Assembly (NCBI GenBank): GCA_031411295.1
Contig: JANOAV010000157.1
Location: 32,001-96,000 of the forward strand
Source: Verrucomicrobiales bacterium
Lineage (GTDB): Bacteria > Verrucomicrobiota > Verrucomicrobiia > Verrucomicrobiales > V1-33
Reading direction: 5' to 3'
DNA: 64,000 bases
This document shows positions 37,115-48,600 of this stretch, one piece after another. How positions within the stretch are numbered: position 1 is the first letter of the stretch; each line of letters opens with the position of its first letter. The position numbers were made by a program, and so were the translations under genes. The notes beneath the pieces are model-generated. The model saw only the letters and a list, made by a program, of their open reading frames with translations. It searched no databases and was not told where the DNA came from.

Positions 37115-37857
37115 GATGTCTTGATTTGAAGCTTGCCCGTAATGCCGGGAGCGATGGCTCGTTCCGGATTGGCGAAGGTTGCTTTGATGACCTGGAGGCC
37201 GCTAGCAGCATCGACGGTGGGGGAAACGAACTCTACTTTGCCAGCAAAATTGACCGTTTTTTCTCCCAACTGAAATTGAATCGTGACGCTTGTTCCCTCC
37301 TTCAGGCCATGGTTCACACTGCCGGGCACATGACATGTGAAACGGCAGAGCGCAGGATTGACCAAGCGCACCACCGGAGCATTCGGCTGGACCGATTCAC
37401 CTGGATCGAGGTCGAAATGATCGCTAATGATCCCATCGAAGGGCGCCCGCAGCTGCCGTCGTCGCAATTGGGCTTCGGCCACTTGATGCTCGACTTCGGC
37501 CACTTTAAAGTTCGCTTCCTTCTGATCCAGTTCATCTCGACTAACGGATTTCCCATTGTCGAAAACCTGCTTGGTGCGCTCGTAATCTTTCTGGGCGGCA
37601 TCCCGCACCAAGGCCCGCCGGGCCACTTCCAATTTCTCCAATTCATTATCCAGGGAGGCAAGCAGATCACCTTCCTTCACGGCCTGACCATCCTTGACGG
37701 AGAGGCTCGCGAGCACTCCGGCTAACTGAAATCCCAGCGTGCTGTCCTGCTGCGGTTCGGAGAGGCCGTCAATCCAGTCCTGCGCACTGGCGGAGGCAAG
37801 CAAGCAAAGCGCCACGATGCTGTGGCGCAGGAGTGAGCGATTCAAGGAGCATTTCAT
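37111..37857 (-). CDS. Periplasmic adaptor (MFP) subunit, with signal peptide
   Basis: GVLASLSVKDGQAVKEGDLLASLD, LRAPFDGII, GKVEFVSPTVDAASG and PGITG. Confidence 0.9.
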   Translation of the reverse strand: MKCSLNRSLLRHSIVALCLLASASAQDWIDGLSEPQQDSTLGFQLAGVLASLSVKDGQAVKEGDLLASLDNELEKLEVARRALVRDAAQKDYERTKQVFDNGKSVSRDELDQKEANFKVAEVEHQVAEAQLRRRQLRAPFDGIISDHFDLDPGESVQPNAPVVRLVNPALCRFTCHVPGSVNHGLKEGTSVTIQFQLGEKTVNFAGKVEFVSPTVDAASGLQVIKATFANPERAIAPGITGKLQIKTS

Positions 37858-39485
37858 TTTGTGGTCGTGGCGGAGAGGGCCTCGCGAAATTCGACCATGA
37901 ATTTCTGGAAATCGTTTTCGGAAAGGAATCGGCCTCTGATGATTTTGGCGGTGCGTTTGGTGAGTTCATCCTTGGTGAGTTCGAGTCCACGCAGGACCAA
38001 CGTTTGCCCGGTGGCCATTTGGTATTCCAACACGGATTGGCGGAAGGAAACCAAGGCGGCAAGGGCACTGATCTTGGCTTGGGAAAGGTCTGTTTCTGCC
38101 TCCAGCACCCGCCGCAGCTCGGTTTTTCCGGCCTTCAGTTCCACTAACCCGGAGTCGAGAATTTGCCGATTGAGATCGACCGCAGCTTCGTAGGACGAGA
38201 GCGCGGACCGGGCAATCTCGACGCGTTTCATCGCAAGATGAACTCCGTTGATCAATTGCCGCCGCGCATCAGCGAAGCCCGTTTCTGCAGCTTGCTGCCG
38301 CACGAGGGCGGCGGCTTCGCGATGCTTGCCCTCGCGATTACCCAAGGGGATGGCGAATTCCACCCCGATGCTCCAGGCGGGGTAAGCGCCATTCGAAACG
38401 TCGTCGAAGGAGTTCCCCAGGTTCGATCCCAGACCGTTGAGTCCGTAGGCTCCTTTGAGGTCCAAGCGGGGTAACCGTTGATTTTTGGCGAAGTTGGCGC
38501 GAATGGTTTCGCTGGCGAGTTCGGCCTGCTTACCCAGGAGTTCGGGGTTGGTGTTAAGAGTAGCTTGCAGGGCGGAGCCTAATGGCAGCAGGTTGCTATT
38601 GGCCAAGGTGGGCGGATCGATGGCGGTGAGAACGGTGGTTTCGGTCAAGTCCAGACCGCAGAATCCTGCGAGCTGCAGAGTGGCCTCGGAGAGTTTTTGT
38701 TTGGCCATGGCGAGCTTGCCAGTTCGATCCTGCACCGCCGCCTTGGCTTGCATGAGTTTCAAGGGGGCTGATTTTTCGGCCTCCACCTCGGTGGTCGCAT
38801 CCGTTTGCATTTGCTGGGTCATCCCGAGCGATTCCGCGAAAAACTTCACCTGCTGCTGAGCGACATATAAATTCCAATACGCCAGTTCTGCGGAGGAGAG
38901 GCTGAGCATCAGTTGCTTCCGGTAATCCTGATACGCCTGCTCGGAATCGGAAGCGGCCACCCGGATGGCGGCCTTGGCTGCATTCGGTCCCGCATCCTTG
39001 AGCAGCGGCTGCGTGAGGGTGAGTCCTAGAAAGGTCACTTTCTCGCCCTGGCCAGTCGCCCCGAGCACGGGATCATTTAGATTCTGCAAGTTGTTCTTCA
39101 AATCGCTTACTGTTAAAACGAATCCGACTTTCCCGCCCAGCGGGGTCAGGGTTTGCAGGCTGCTGGAGTAAAGCTGGTTCTGTTCGTCGAGATTCTGCAC
39201 ACCTTCAAGCTGCCGTCTCTGTTGCACAGTATTAGGGCGATTGCTGTCTTCATGCTGATAGGATAGCAGCCATTGTGGATCAAATGCGCCTTTGGCCCCT
39301 TCCATGATGCGGCGTTTGGCCTCGTAGCTTAATATTTTACCCTGAATGGAAGCATTGTTTTCGATCACCAGTTGCCGCACGCTCGCCAAACTCAACTCCT
39401 TGGTCTCTGCGTGGATCGGACTAAGCGACAGGCTAAATAGGCACGGTGCCCATCCAACTTTACAAAGGAAATGAATTTTACGCAT
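37854..39485 (-). CDS. TolC-family outer membrane efflux protein
   Basis: LTQPLLKDAG, AYWNL, NQRLPRLDL and FAIPLGNR; signal peptide. ATG at 39485 (alternative TTG at 39509). Confidence 0.9.
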   Translation of the reverse strand: MRKIHFLCKVGWAPCLFSLSLSPIHAETKELSLASVRQLVIENNASIQGKILSYEAKRRIMEGAKGAFDPQWLLSYQHEDSNRPNTVQQRRQLEGVQNLDEQNQLYSSSLQTLTPLGGKVGFVLTVSDLKNNLQNLNDPVLGATGQGEKVTFLGLTLTQPLLKDAGPNAAKAAIRVAASDSEQAYQDYRKQLMLSLSSAELAYWNLYVAQQQVKFFAESLGMTQQMQTDATTEVEAEKSAPLKLMQAKAAVQDRTGKLAMAKQKLSEATLQLAGFCGLDLTETTVLTAIDPPTLANSNLLPLGSALQATLNTNPELLGKQAELASETIRANFAKNQRLPRLDLKGAYGLNGLGSNLGNSFDDVSNGAYPAWSIGVEFAIPLGNREGKHREAAALVRQQAAETGFADARRQLINGVHLAMKRVEIARSALSSYEAAVDLNRQILDSGLVELKAGKTELRRVLEAETDLSQAKISALAALVSFRQSVLEYQMATGQTLVLRGLELTKDELTKRTAKIIRGRFLSENDFQKFMVEFREALSATTTK

Positions 39486-39519
39486 TGGGCATTTTTGAAT
39501 ACCCCGCAAACCAAGGCAA

Positions 39520-39570
39520 GCTAAAAAAAAATTTAAAATGTTGCCGCCATAGGCTAGTTATGTTAAAAAT
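39520..39570 (+). promoter_or_regulatory. Candidate promoter in the divergent intergenic region
   Basis: A9 tract, then TTGCCG (39541) and TAAAAA (39564) 17 bp apart, with an upstream TG. The -10 is imperfect. Confidence 0.3.
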
Positions 39571-39611
39571 TGGCGTGTTCTGATTTAAATTTAGAGCATT
39601 CACTTACTCTC

Positions 39612-42600
39612 GTGTCACTGTCCACTACCAGTCGAAATCTCCAATTGGAGGCGCTGGAGCCGCGGCTTCTGCTGTCGGCGGATGGGCTATGTGGTGCGAT
39701 GATGGCAGCATCGGCTAGTGCTCATCAAGATGATATGCTAGCGCAGCAGTCGGTCGTTGAGGTGCAACTTCAGAGCGGTGGCGCAGGGCAAGATGCTAGT
39801 GCCACTGGCACGAATGGTCAGGCGACAGCGGTAAATTCACCTAACAGCTCCTCGAATTCTGTGTTCGATGTGGACGCTGGTGCGACTATCATTTTGGATG
39901 AAGGAGCGGGTCAAAATGACGCGGTTTCTGGAAATGGCACGACTAACGGACAAACGGCGGAAACCACTGCGACGACGACGACAACCGCCCAACAAATTTT
40001 AACCAACACCGCAAGTCAGACCAATCTGTCTGACTCAACTGATGCGCTGGTTGCCGTCCCGACGGACGCTACTAATACGGACGGTCAAACTGCCACAAAT
40101 TCCAATCCAACGACGGATCAGATGGTGGAAACGCTCCGGGCTGCCAATGGACCGCCGACTTCCCCAATTACCACATTACCTGGTGGTGGTCGTTTGATTG
40201 ACCTGAATCCAGATAATGCGCAACTCTTTGGAAATGAATTAGTTACCGGCCCGGGGGATCTCCTGAAGGGCGCGGGCGGGGAGCTTTCGCTCATTAACGG
40301 AGGGGTTTGGAGCCCGGGGCATTCGCCATTGATTACCACGATAACGGGGAATTTCACCCAACTCGCAGGGGCGGAAACGATTTTTGAAATTGGCGGGACA
40401 ACAGTGGGAACCGAGTATGACCAAACGGTGGTCAACGGTGTGGGACAGGGGAACGTAATCTTGGATGGTCGGGCTCGGATTACCAAACTGAACCTCGCCA
40501 ATGGGTGGGTGCCGACAGCGGGACAAAGTTTCACAATTATGACCTGGACGGGGACTCGGACGGGACAATTTAATCAGTGGCTTGGAACGGTGGCGGACAT
40601 TGGGACCGACCTAGCATGGGTGCCCGTTTACAATGATGTGGCGAAGACGCTGACCCTAACGATTCAGGCAACACCCGGCTACAACCCGATCAAAACTCAG
40701 GTGGAAAATCTGATCCATCAAGTGGGTGAAGTGGGCGACAAAATTGACCAAGTCGGAGCGCTCGCAGCTCAGTTGCCATTCATCGGCAGCAGCGTTTCGG
40801 CTATTCTGGATCAGAAAGCTGCGATCCAAAATGTCTTGGAAGCTAAACTAAATTCGCTGACCGGAACTCTGAGCGTGGCCGACGTGACGGCTGGGATTGA
40901 GAGTTGGGAGGGACAGGTGCTGGCCGGGTTTACCATCCGGGTGGACGGGGTGCTGGCGAAATTTGGTGCCCTGATCACCAACCCCGTCAGTTGGGATGTG
41001 GATCTGCGGTTCGTGCGGACGGATACGATTAATTTCACGCTGGGAAGTTCGGCTGCATTCAGCGCAGCGCTGACGGCCAGCGGCACGGTCACTTCGACCC
41101 TGCGGATGGATTTCACGTTCGGTAAAGATGCTACCGACTATTATATTACCGTGCGGAAACAGGAAGCGACGGTCAATCTACCCGCCACGGTCACGGGAAC
41201 GGTGGGGCTGACCCTGCCTGCCGGGGCGACGACCTTGAGCGCCACCGGGCCAGTTTTGTTTAACGGCAAAGTGGTCATCGCTCCCAATGCGGGTATTTTG
41301 ACGGGCGGCAAAATTTATCTGACCACGCTGACGAGCATCGGCAGCGGTGCCACTTCAGCGGTGACAAATTTCACGCTGACGGCCACCGGTTCCATGAATG
41401 TGGATCTGACGCTGACGGCTGCCACGTCCCTGGCGCTGAATGCGGCTGGCACGATGACCATCAGCGGCGGGGCCACGGCCCATCTCACGATTGTGGGGGC
41501 CAATGTCTTTACGACCGCTCCGAATGTGGATTTCAAATTCACCAACGCGACCATGAGCCTGGGGGCAAACTATCCGGGCATCCAAGGGTCGTTCAACATC
41601 AATACTGACGGCACGACCACTTATATCGATGCAACAATCACGCGGCTGCGGCTGACGGTGGGGACGAATCGGTTGATGGACATGACGGGCACGGCTTCGT
41701 TTGTCTTGGCGAATGGTGAAGTGGCGGGCAAAGCAGATTTGACGCTGGCGCTGGGGCCGGTGGCGGGAATCGATCTTACGATGGCCGGAACTTGGCGCTT
41801 GGAAATTAATACCAGTGCGGATGCGGTGTCGGTGCCGTATGGCTTGGGGACGGTCAGCCTGCCCGGCGGACGGTATCTGCGGGTGGAATTGGAGAACGGC
41901 ACGGTGGCCTTCACGGTGAATCCTACCTTTACCCTCAGCGGAAATTTTGTCTTCGAGCAAAATGGCACCGGAGCGTCAGCGGTGACAGCGGTGGGAGCCA
42001 GCGGGGTGAGCTTTAGTTTTGGCGATGACCTGCATCCCAATCTGATCATGATTTCCAACGGTGCCGGGATCTTGGTCTTAAAGAACGGCGGCATGGCGGG
42101 CAGCCTGACGGGCACGTTGACCGAGTCGATTCCCGGTGCGGATCTGGCCGGCACCTTCACGGTCATCATGAACGATACCGGTGCCGCCGTGAGTGAATCT
42201 GTAACGGTGGGCGGAGTCACGCAGTCAGTGGTGGCACCAGCGGGAATCAATGGAACCGAGAGCTACCTGAAGATCGTGGGCACCGGCACGACGCTGACAG
42301 TGGCGGGGGTGACCCTGACGGGAAATTTCACTTACGAAAATTTCAACACGCTAGCAACGCATCTAGGTCCTAAAGTGATTGCAGTGGGGGCGTCGAATGT
42401 GACTGGCAGCCTGACGGTCGGCGTGACGAATCTCGTGACCCTCAGCAACGGCAGCGGGGCGTTTCTCATCACCAATGACGGTGTGGCAGGAACGGCCACC
42501 GTGACGTATGCGCTGAATGTTCCGCAACTTACTGTTTCTACTGCGGGGACGGCTACCCTGACGATCAATCAAACCGGCGTGGCCGTGAATACCACGGTGG

Positions 42601-45600
42601 ACGTCGGCCTAACGGAGGATGCGGTCATCAATGTTCAGGCTGGTCCTTATGTGAAGATTGAAACGACTGGCGCGATCCTTTCCCTGCTGGGCGCGGATGG
42701 CGTGACAGTTTCCGGAAATTTTGCCTATGAACGCTACACCACGGCAGATGGCGATGTGGTGGTTAAGGTGGCGGCTTCCAATGCCAACCTGCAACTCGGT
42801 GCGTTAGGAAATTCGAATCTGATCCAAGTCTCGAACGCCGCAGGATATTTCCTCTTCAATAGCAACGGCATGGCGGGCGCGGCAACTGGCACGGTCACGG
42901 CCTCGATAGGTCCAGTAATGAATCCCCTGATCAGCCTATCGGGCGCCTTCAAAATTCTAATCAATACAACGCCTTACGATGTGGACGAAGATTTCGTCCT
43001 CTCCACCGGCGCGGTTGCAGTGGAAGCACCGGCTGGTCCGTATGTGAGAATTTCCGGCACGGGCGTGGCGCTGTCGGTCAACATGGGAGCGGCTTTAGGG
43101 AGTGTGGTCTTGAATGGAGATTTTGTGTTTGAGCAGAAACGGGATAGCGTGACGCATGCACTGAGTTACACGCAGGTGGGAGGCTCAAATATCTCGGCAA
43201 GCCTAACGACGCTTGGTTTCACGATCAACATCATCAATGGCATCGGTGGGTTCCGTATCACGACAGCGGGCATTGCGGGTCAGGCGAGCGTGCCGAATCG
43301 GGCATCGGCCAGCGATCCTTATAATATTACATTTACTTCAGTGACCGGCGTTTCCTTCGTGGCGGAGAACGTTCTTTTCAAAATCAACAACACTGGGGCC
43401 GACGTGCCGAGCACGATCGTGGCAGTTTCCGACACGGAAAACATCACCTTCGCGTTCACCGGAGCCTACTATCAGAAATATGTGGGCATCACGGGTTCGG
43501 TGACCGCTACCTTGACGATTCCGGTCAATTTCACGCTGAAGGGTGATTTCTCCTTCGAGCTGATCAATCTGGGGGCCGGTAATTTGATTCGTCTGGCAGC
43601 AACGAATGTCTCGGCGGATATTAAGATTGGCAGCAACCCAGCGCTGATGAGTTTCAGCAACGGCTCGGGGGCATTTGTGATCACTTCGGCTGGTATCGCT
43701 GGCACCGCCACGCTGGATTTCCAAACGGGTTTCGTAACCGTCTCCGGAACGATCAAACTGGAGATCAACAACACCTCCAGTGCCGCGCTCTACAACTGGG
43801 TGGATCCAGCCGGCAATGCCTTCAGCATCAATCTGCCAACCTTCCCCCACCTGCTGATCTGCGTGAACGGCCATGTGGTGGTGGGATCATTCGACATTCC
43901 GGTGAACTTCCAAATTCGCCAAACGGCCGCGGGCCTTTACTTCGAAACGAAACCCGGCGGGGTGGAGATCTTCCACTTGGATCCGGACGGCACCTTCCAT
44001 GCGGGAACCTACATTACATTCCCAGCGACAATTGATTTCGCCAATCCCAGCCCAGAGGATATCCTGACCTTCCTGCAAACGCTGGCCAACTGGTTCACAC
44101 TGTTCGGCGGCTCCAGCTTGTTCGATACCATGATTCCCTTCACGGATAAGACGCTGGGTGACGCGGTGGACTTTGCGAAGGGCTTCATTGAGACGTTCTA
44201 TAATAAATTAGTTAGCGCTGAAGTCAGTGGCACGCTGACGGCTTTCGTAGCAGGTAGTCTGACTGGCAGTGTCTCGATCACGCTGGGCACCACCACTTAT
44301 GTCGTCAACCTCAGTGGGGCATACGCGGGTGTGAATCAACTGCTCAACAGGCTCAATAACAGCATTAATGCGGTGGTGGGACTTGCGGGGAAAATCGAGG
44401 CGCGGATCAATCGCAATGGAGCCATCGCGTTCGCACTAACGGAAACCGCGATGAAGGCTGGCACACTCCAATTTAGCTTCGCTGGAGCGACCGGATCCAT
44501 GGCCACGTTGGGCTTCGGGGTTTCTGGTGGCAGTGCTACCATTTCCCGCTACACGCTGGAGCAATTCCCGCTGGCACTGAGCCGCATCATCGGGATTGCG
44601 GGGAATGCCGCTTCGATGGCGCAGTGGACTTGGGCCACGGCGTTGCCCGCGGCTCCCTCGGTGTTGTTGCCTTACGCTCCCATCACGTATGATCCTCATC
44701 GCAAGGTGTATGTCTTCCCCGTGAGCTTCACGTATGCGCCGACGCTGCCGAACGTGGATTTCAAATGGAGCACGGATATCGGACCACTGGGTTCCGCAAC
44801 CTTGTCTGGAAAAATTAAGTTTGAGCCATCGCTCCATTTTGGGTTCGATCTCGGACTGGATCTGAACGCCAAGGAAGTGCCGCGGATCATTTCCAGTCAG
44901 GCGTTGCCCACGCCAACCAACGGTCGGGTCTCGGCGGATCTTTCCTTCCGACTTTACGTCAATGGCAGTTCCTCTCCGATCACGATCACGGTGCTGAAGA
45001 CAGCGACGGACAATAATTTCACGGCGCAAGATCTGGTGGCGGATCTCAACGCAGCCTTGACCGCAGCCGCTAATTTCACGATGCCCGGTGGGGCGATAGT
45101 TGATTTGGGGCAAATCCTGGTTTTCCAAAAGGCGGGTCCGGTCATTGCCCTGAGCGTGCTGCAGGAAGATGACCTGGATGGCGATGGCAATATCGACGTG
45201 CAGGAGGATGTGAACGGAAATGGCGTGCTCGATGCGGGTGAGGACATTGATGCCGATGGCCGTTTGGATATTAAAGAGGATCTCAATAGCGATGGCGACA
45301 TGGCGGATGATTATCTCGATGTGCTGAATCAAATCAAGATCACCGTGGGGATCAACAATCCGTTCGCCACGCAACTGGGCTTCGGAGATGAAGTGAAGAA
45401 TCCGGATGCTGGCATCGGCTATGCCCAGGGCTACTATCAGAGCGTCGTCAACAGCGGCATGAAGGGCATCTTCCTAGATAACATCGACCTCAGCGCCACG
45501 CTCAAAATCACCACCCCAGTGTCGATCACCGGAACCCTCAATTTCGGCTTCCTCAAGATCTCTGTTAACGGCGGACAGCTTACGACCACGGATCCATACG

Positions 45601-48600
45601 CCAACACCGTCAAAGACATTAAGTTGGCCTTTGGTGTGAGTGATCCCACCACGGGTGGCGAGCGGTTCTATCTCTCGGAAATGATGGATGCGTTGAATAA
45701 CATTGGCACTTACATTGATGGGCCGGATCTCACGGGGGCGCTCTATTTGGGTTTCACGAATGTGTCCGCCACGATTGGGAGCCACACGCTGTTCAACACC
45801 GGAGAGATTTCCATTTGGATTCCCAACATCTCGGTCCTGACCTATAACGAACGTGCTTACAACGCGCTGGATCCACTGGCCAACGAGGGCACGTTCCTGA
45901 AGTATCCAAGCTTCGGTCTCGGCGGTGGGACCAGTTTCCAGAAAATTAGTTTCACCGACGTGCTGCATGGCCTGCAGGCTGCGGTGGACACGATTTCTGA
46001 TTTCAGCGCGTTCTCCTTCCTGAATGAGAAGATCCCTGTCATCAACCTCAGTCTGCATGATCTGGTGGATTACGCCGGTCAGTTTGCCGATCTGGTGGAC
46101 GCTATTACCGGAGCTGGTTCCAGCAACATTCAAGACATGCTGGCCACGCTGAAAGCCAATGTGGTGACACTCTTCCACATCGATCCTAACGCCTTCGATA
46201 TCAATCTCGATACCAACGGGATCGTCTATGGCAGCGGCGTGACGGTGAGCACGACCTCCGGAATTAACTCCCGCTTCACCTTCAATCCGAATGGCCTGCA
46301 CAATGGTTTCACGATCACAAGCGGGGCCACCTCTGCCTTGATGAACGGCTCCCAACTGGTGATCATGTGTGATCCGAGCGTCACGGGAAACAACGCGTTG
46401 CCAACCTGGGATCCGGTCGCGAAAATTCTGACGGTGTTGATCGATGTCAACAATACGACCGCTGCTACCGTGGTGGCGCGGATCAACTCAGTGCTTGGTG
46501 CCACTTGGAGTGCGGCATTAATCACCACGGACTCGGCGGTTACAAATCTGGGCACCGGGAAGATTCACACGAATGCTCTGAAATTTAGTTTCCACTACAC
46601 CGCAGCCTATGCCAATCAGTTGCCGCTGCAATTGGATCTCGCAGACTTGGTGGACGCCATGGGGGCAGATAATAACACCGTCAAAGAGTTCCTCAAAGCA
46701 GCCACCACCTTGATTCATATCGGTGGCTCGGGGATGTTGAATGTATCCGCCAGCGCGGCAGTCACTCTGGATTTTGGTTTGGATCTCACGAATCCCTGCG
46801 CGCCGTCGCTGTTCCTCTACGACACGACTGGGGTGAGTCTGACGGCCAAGGTCACAGCTACGAATCTGAATTTCGACGCCAGCATCGGCGGGTTGGGAAT
46901 TTACATCCGCAACGGCAGTGTGACGTTTGACTATGATGGCAAAGGCGGGAGCACGAGTCCAGCCATCCTCGCACTGACGCTGAAGGATACGGATGGGGAT
47001 GGTCGCCACAGCATCGACGCTACGTTGCTCAGCTTCGACAACCTGGCGCTGGTAGCGCACGCAGGGATCACGGCCGTGTTGCCGCTCTTTGCTCCCACCG
47101 CTTCCATTGCGGTGGGATCGACTACCGATGCCAATGGCGACGGCTACCCGGACAACGCCATCGTGCTGGATGTGCCTGACCTGGTGCGGTTGTTAGTCAA
47201 TGATACGACGGGCCTGAATAGCACGAATCATCAGGAAGGAAAACTGACGTTCCGCGGGAATGCGAACGATCTTCTGCTGACCGAAGTGGCCACGGGCGGA
47301 AGTTCCTTGACGGTGGTGTTCCATCACAATGCTGCCATCGGAGTGGGGGCTCCCACGTTGGTGCGCACAGGCAATACGTTGGATATTACCATCAACAGTG
47401 GTATTACTCTAGCAAGTCAGTTGGTGGGCGCTTGGGCCTCCGGGACGATCAACATCACGCTCCCAGCAGGCGATACCGCAAGCAATTACGCCGCAGACAA
47501 CGGCAAACTGAGGAAGTTCACGCTGTATGCACCAAACCTCAATGGGCTGTTCGACAATCTCGATCTCTGTGCGCTGATCGATTCTGCCACGGGCCCATTC
47601 TTAACCTCGTTGGATGGCGCATTGTTACATATTCAAAATGGACTGACGGAAGCGGTGGCAAGTTCAAATCTGCCATTGATTGGCGATGGGATGGCGGGAG
47701 TAGCGACGTTCATCCAAAATTTCCGGGAAGGCTTATTGGCGGAGTTGCGGGCGAGGATAGCAGCGGCAGGTGGCAGTGCCATCGGGGCGGTGCAGGATGC
47801 AATCAAGGAGGCGATCTGGAATTCGCTGGGGCCAAATGGGTTGAACATTTTAGTCAACGCGGCCACGGGAGCCGCCTTGGACCCAGCCGCGGGTTATTCC
47901 CAGTTGGATGTGGTCCTGACCTGTGATGGCTTGGCGGTAAATATTCGGTTGAAGAAGGAACTGGCCTTGTTGGATACCACACAGAACCCCATTGATTTCG
48001 ATCTTGGCGTCGATGGTTTCGGACTGTCCGTGGAAGGAAATGTGAAGCTGTCACTGGGCTTCGATTTGAAACTGGGCTTCGGCTTCAACAAGAGCGATGG
48101 TTTCTACATTGTGACGAGTGATGGCTCGGGCGATCCAGAACTGGTCCTCGGCTTTGAAGCGACGATTCCCGGGCTGGCAGCCAAGGGCACGTTGTTCTTC
48201 CTGCAACTGGACGTGAATGATGATCCTGATGCGCCTTCGAGTTTCGTGGGCCGCTTCATGGTTGATCTGCGCGATCCGAACAGCGATGGCAAACTCACTT
48301 GGGCGGAAATCACGGGCAGCGGCACGGCCTTGGGTGATATCGTGCATGCTGACTTGGAGGCCATTGCGGACATCAATCTGCAGCTGGAGGCCAGCTTCGG
48401 TGGCAATGCTAATTTCCCTCACATCCTGGCGGACTTCCATCTGGGCTGGAGTTGGTCGCTGAGCGGTGGCTCCACGGATCCTGACATTGCCTTCAACAAC
48501 GTGCGCTTGGATCTGGGCACCTTTATCTCGGATGTCATCGGACCGATCCTCGCGAAAGTGCAAGAAATCACTGGTCCGATCCAACCCATCATCGATATCG

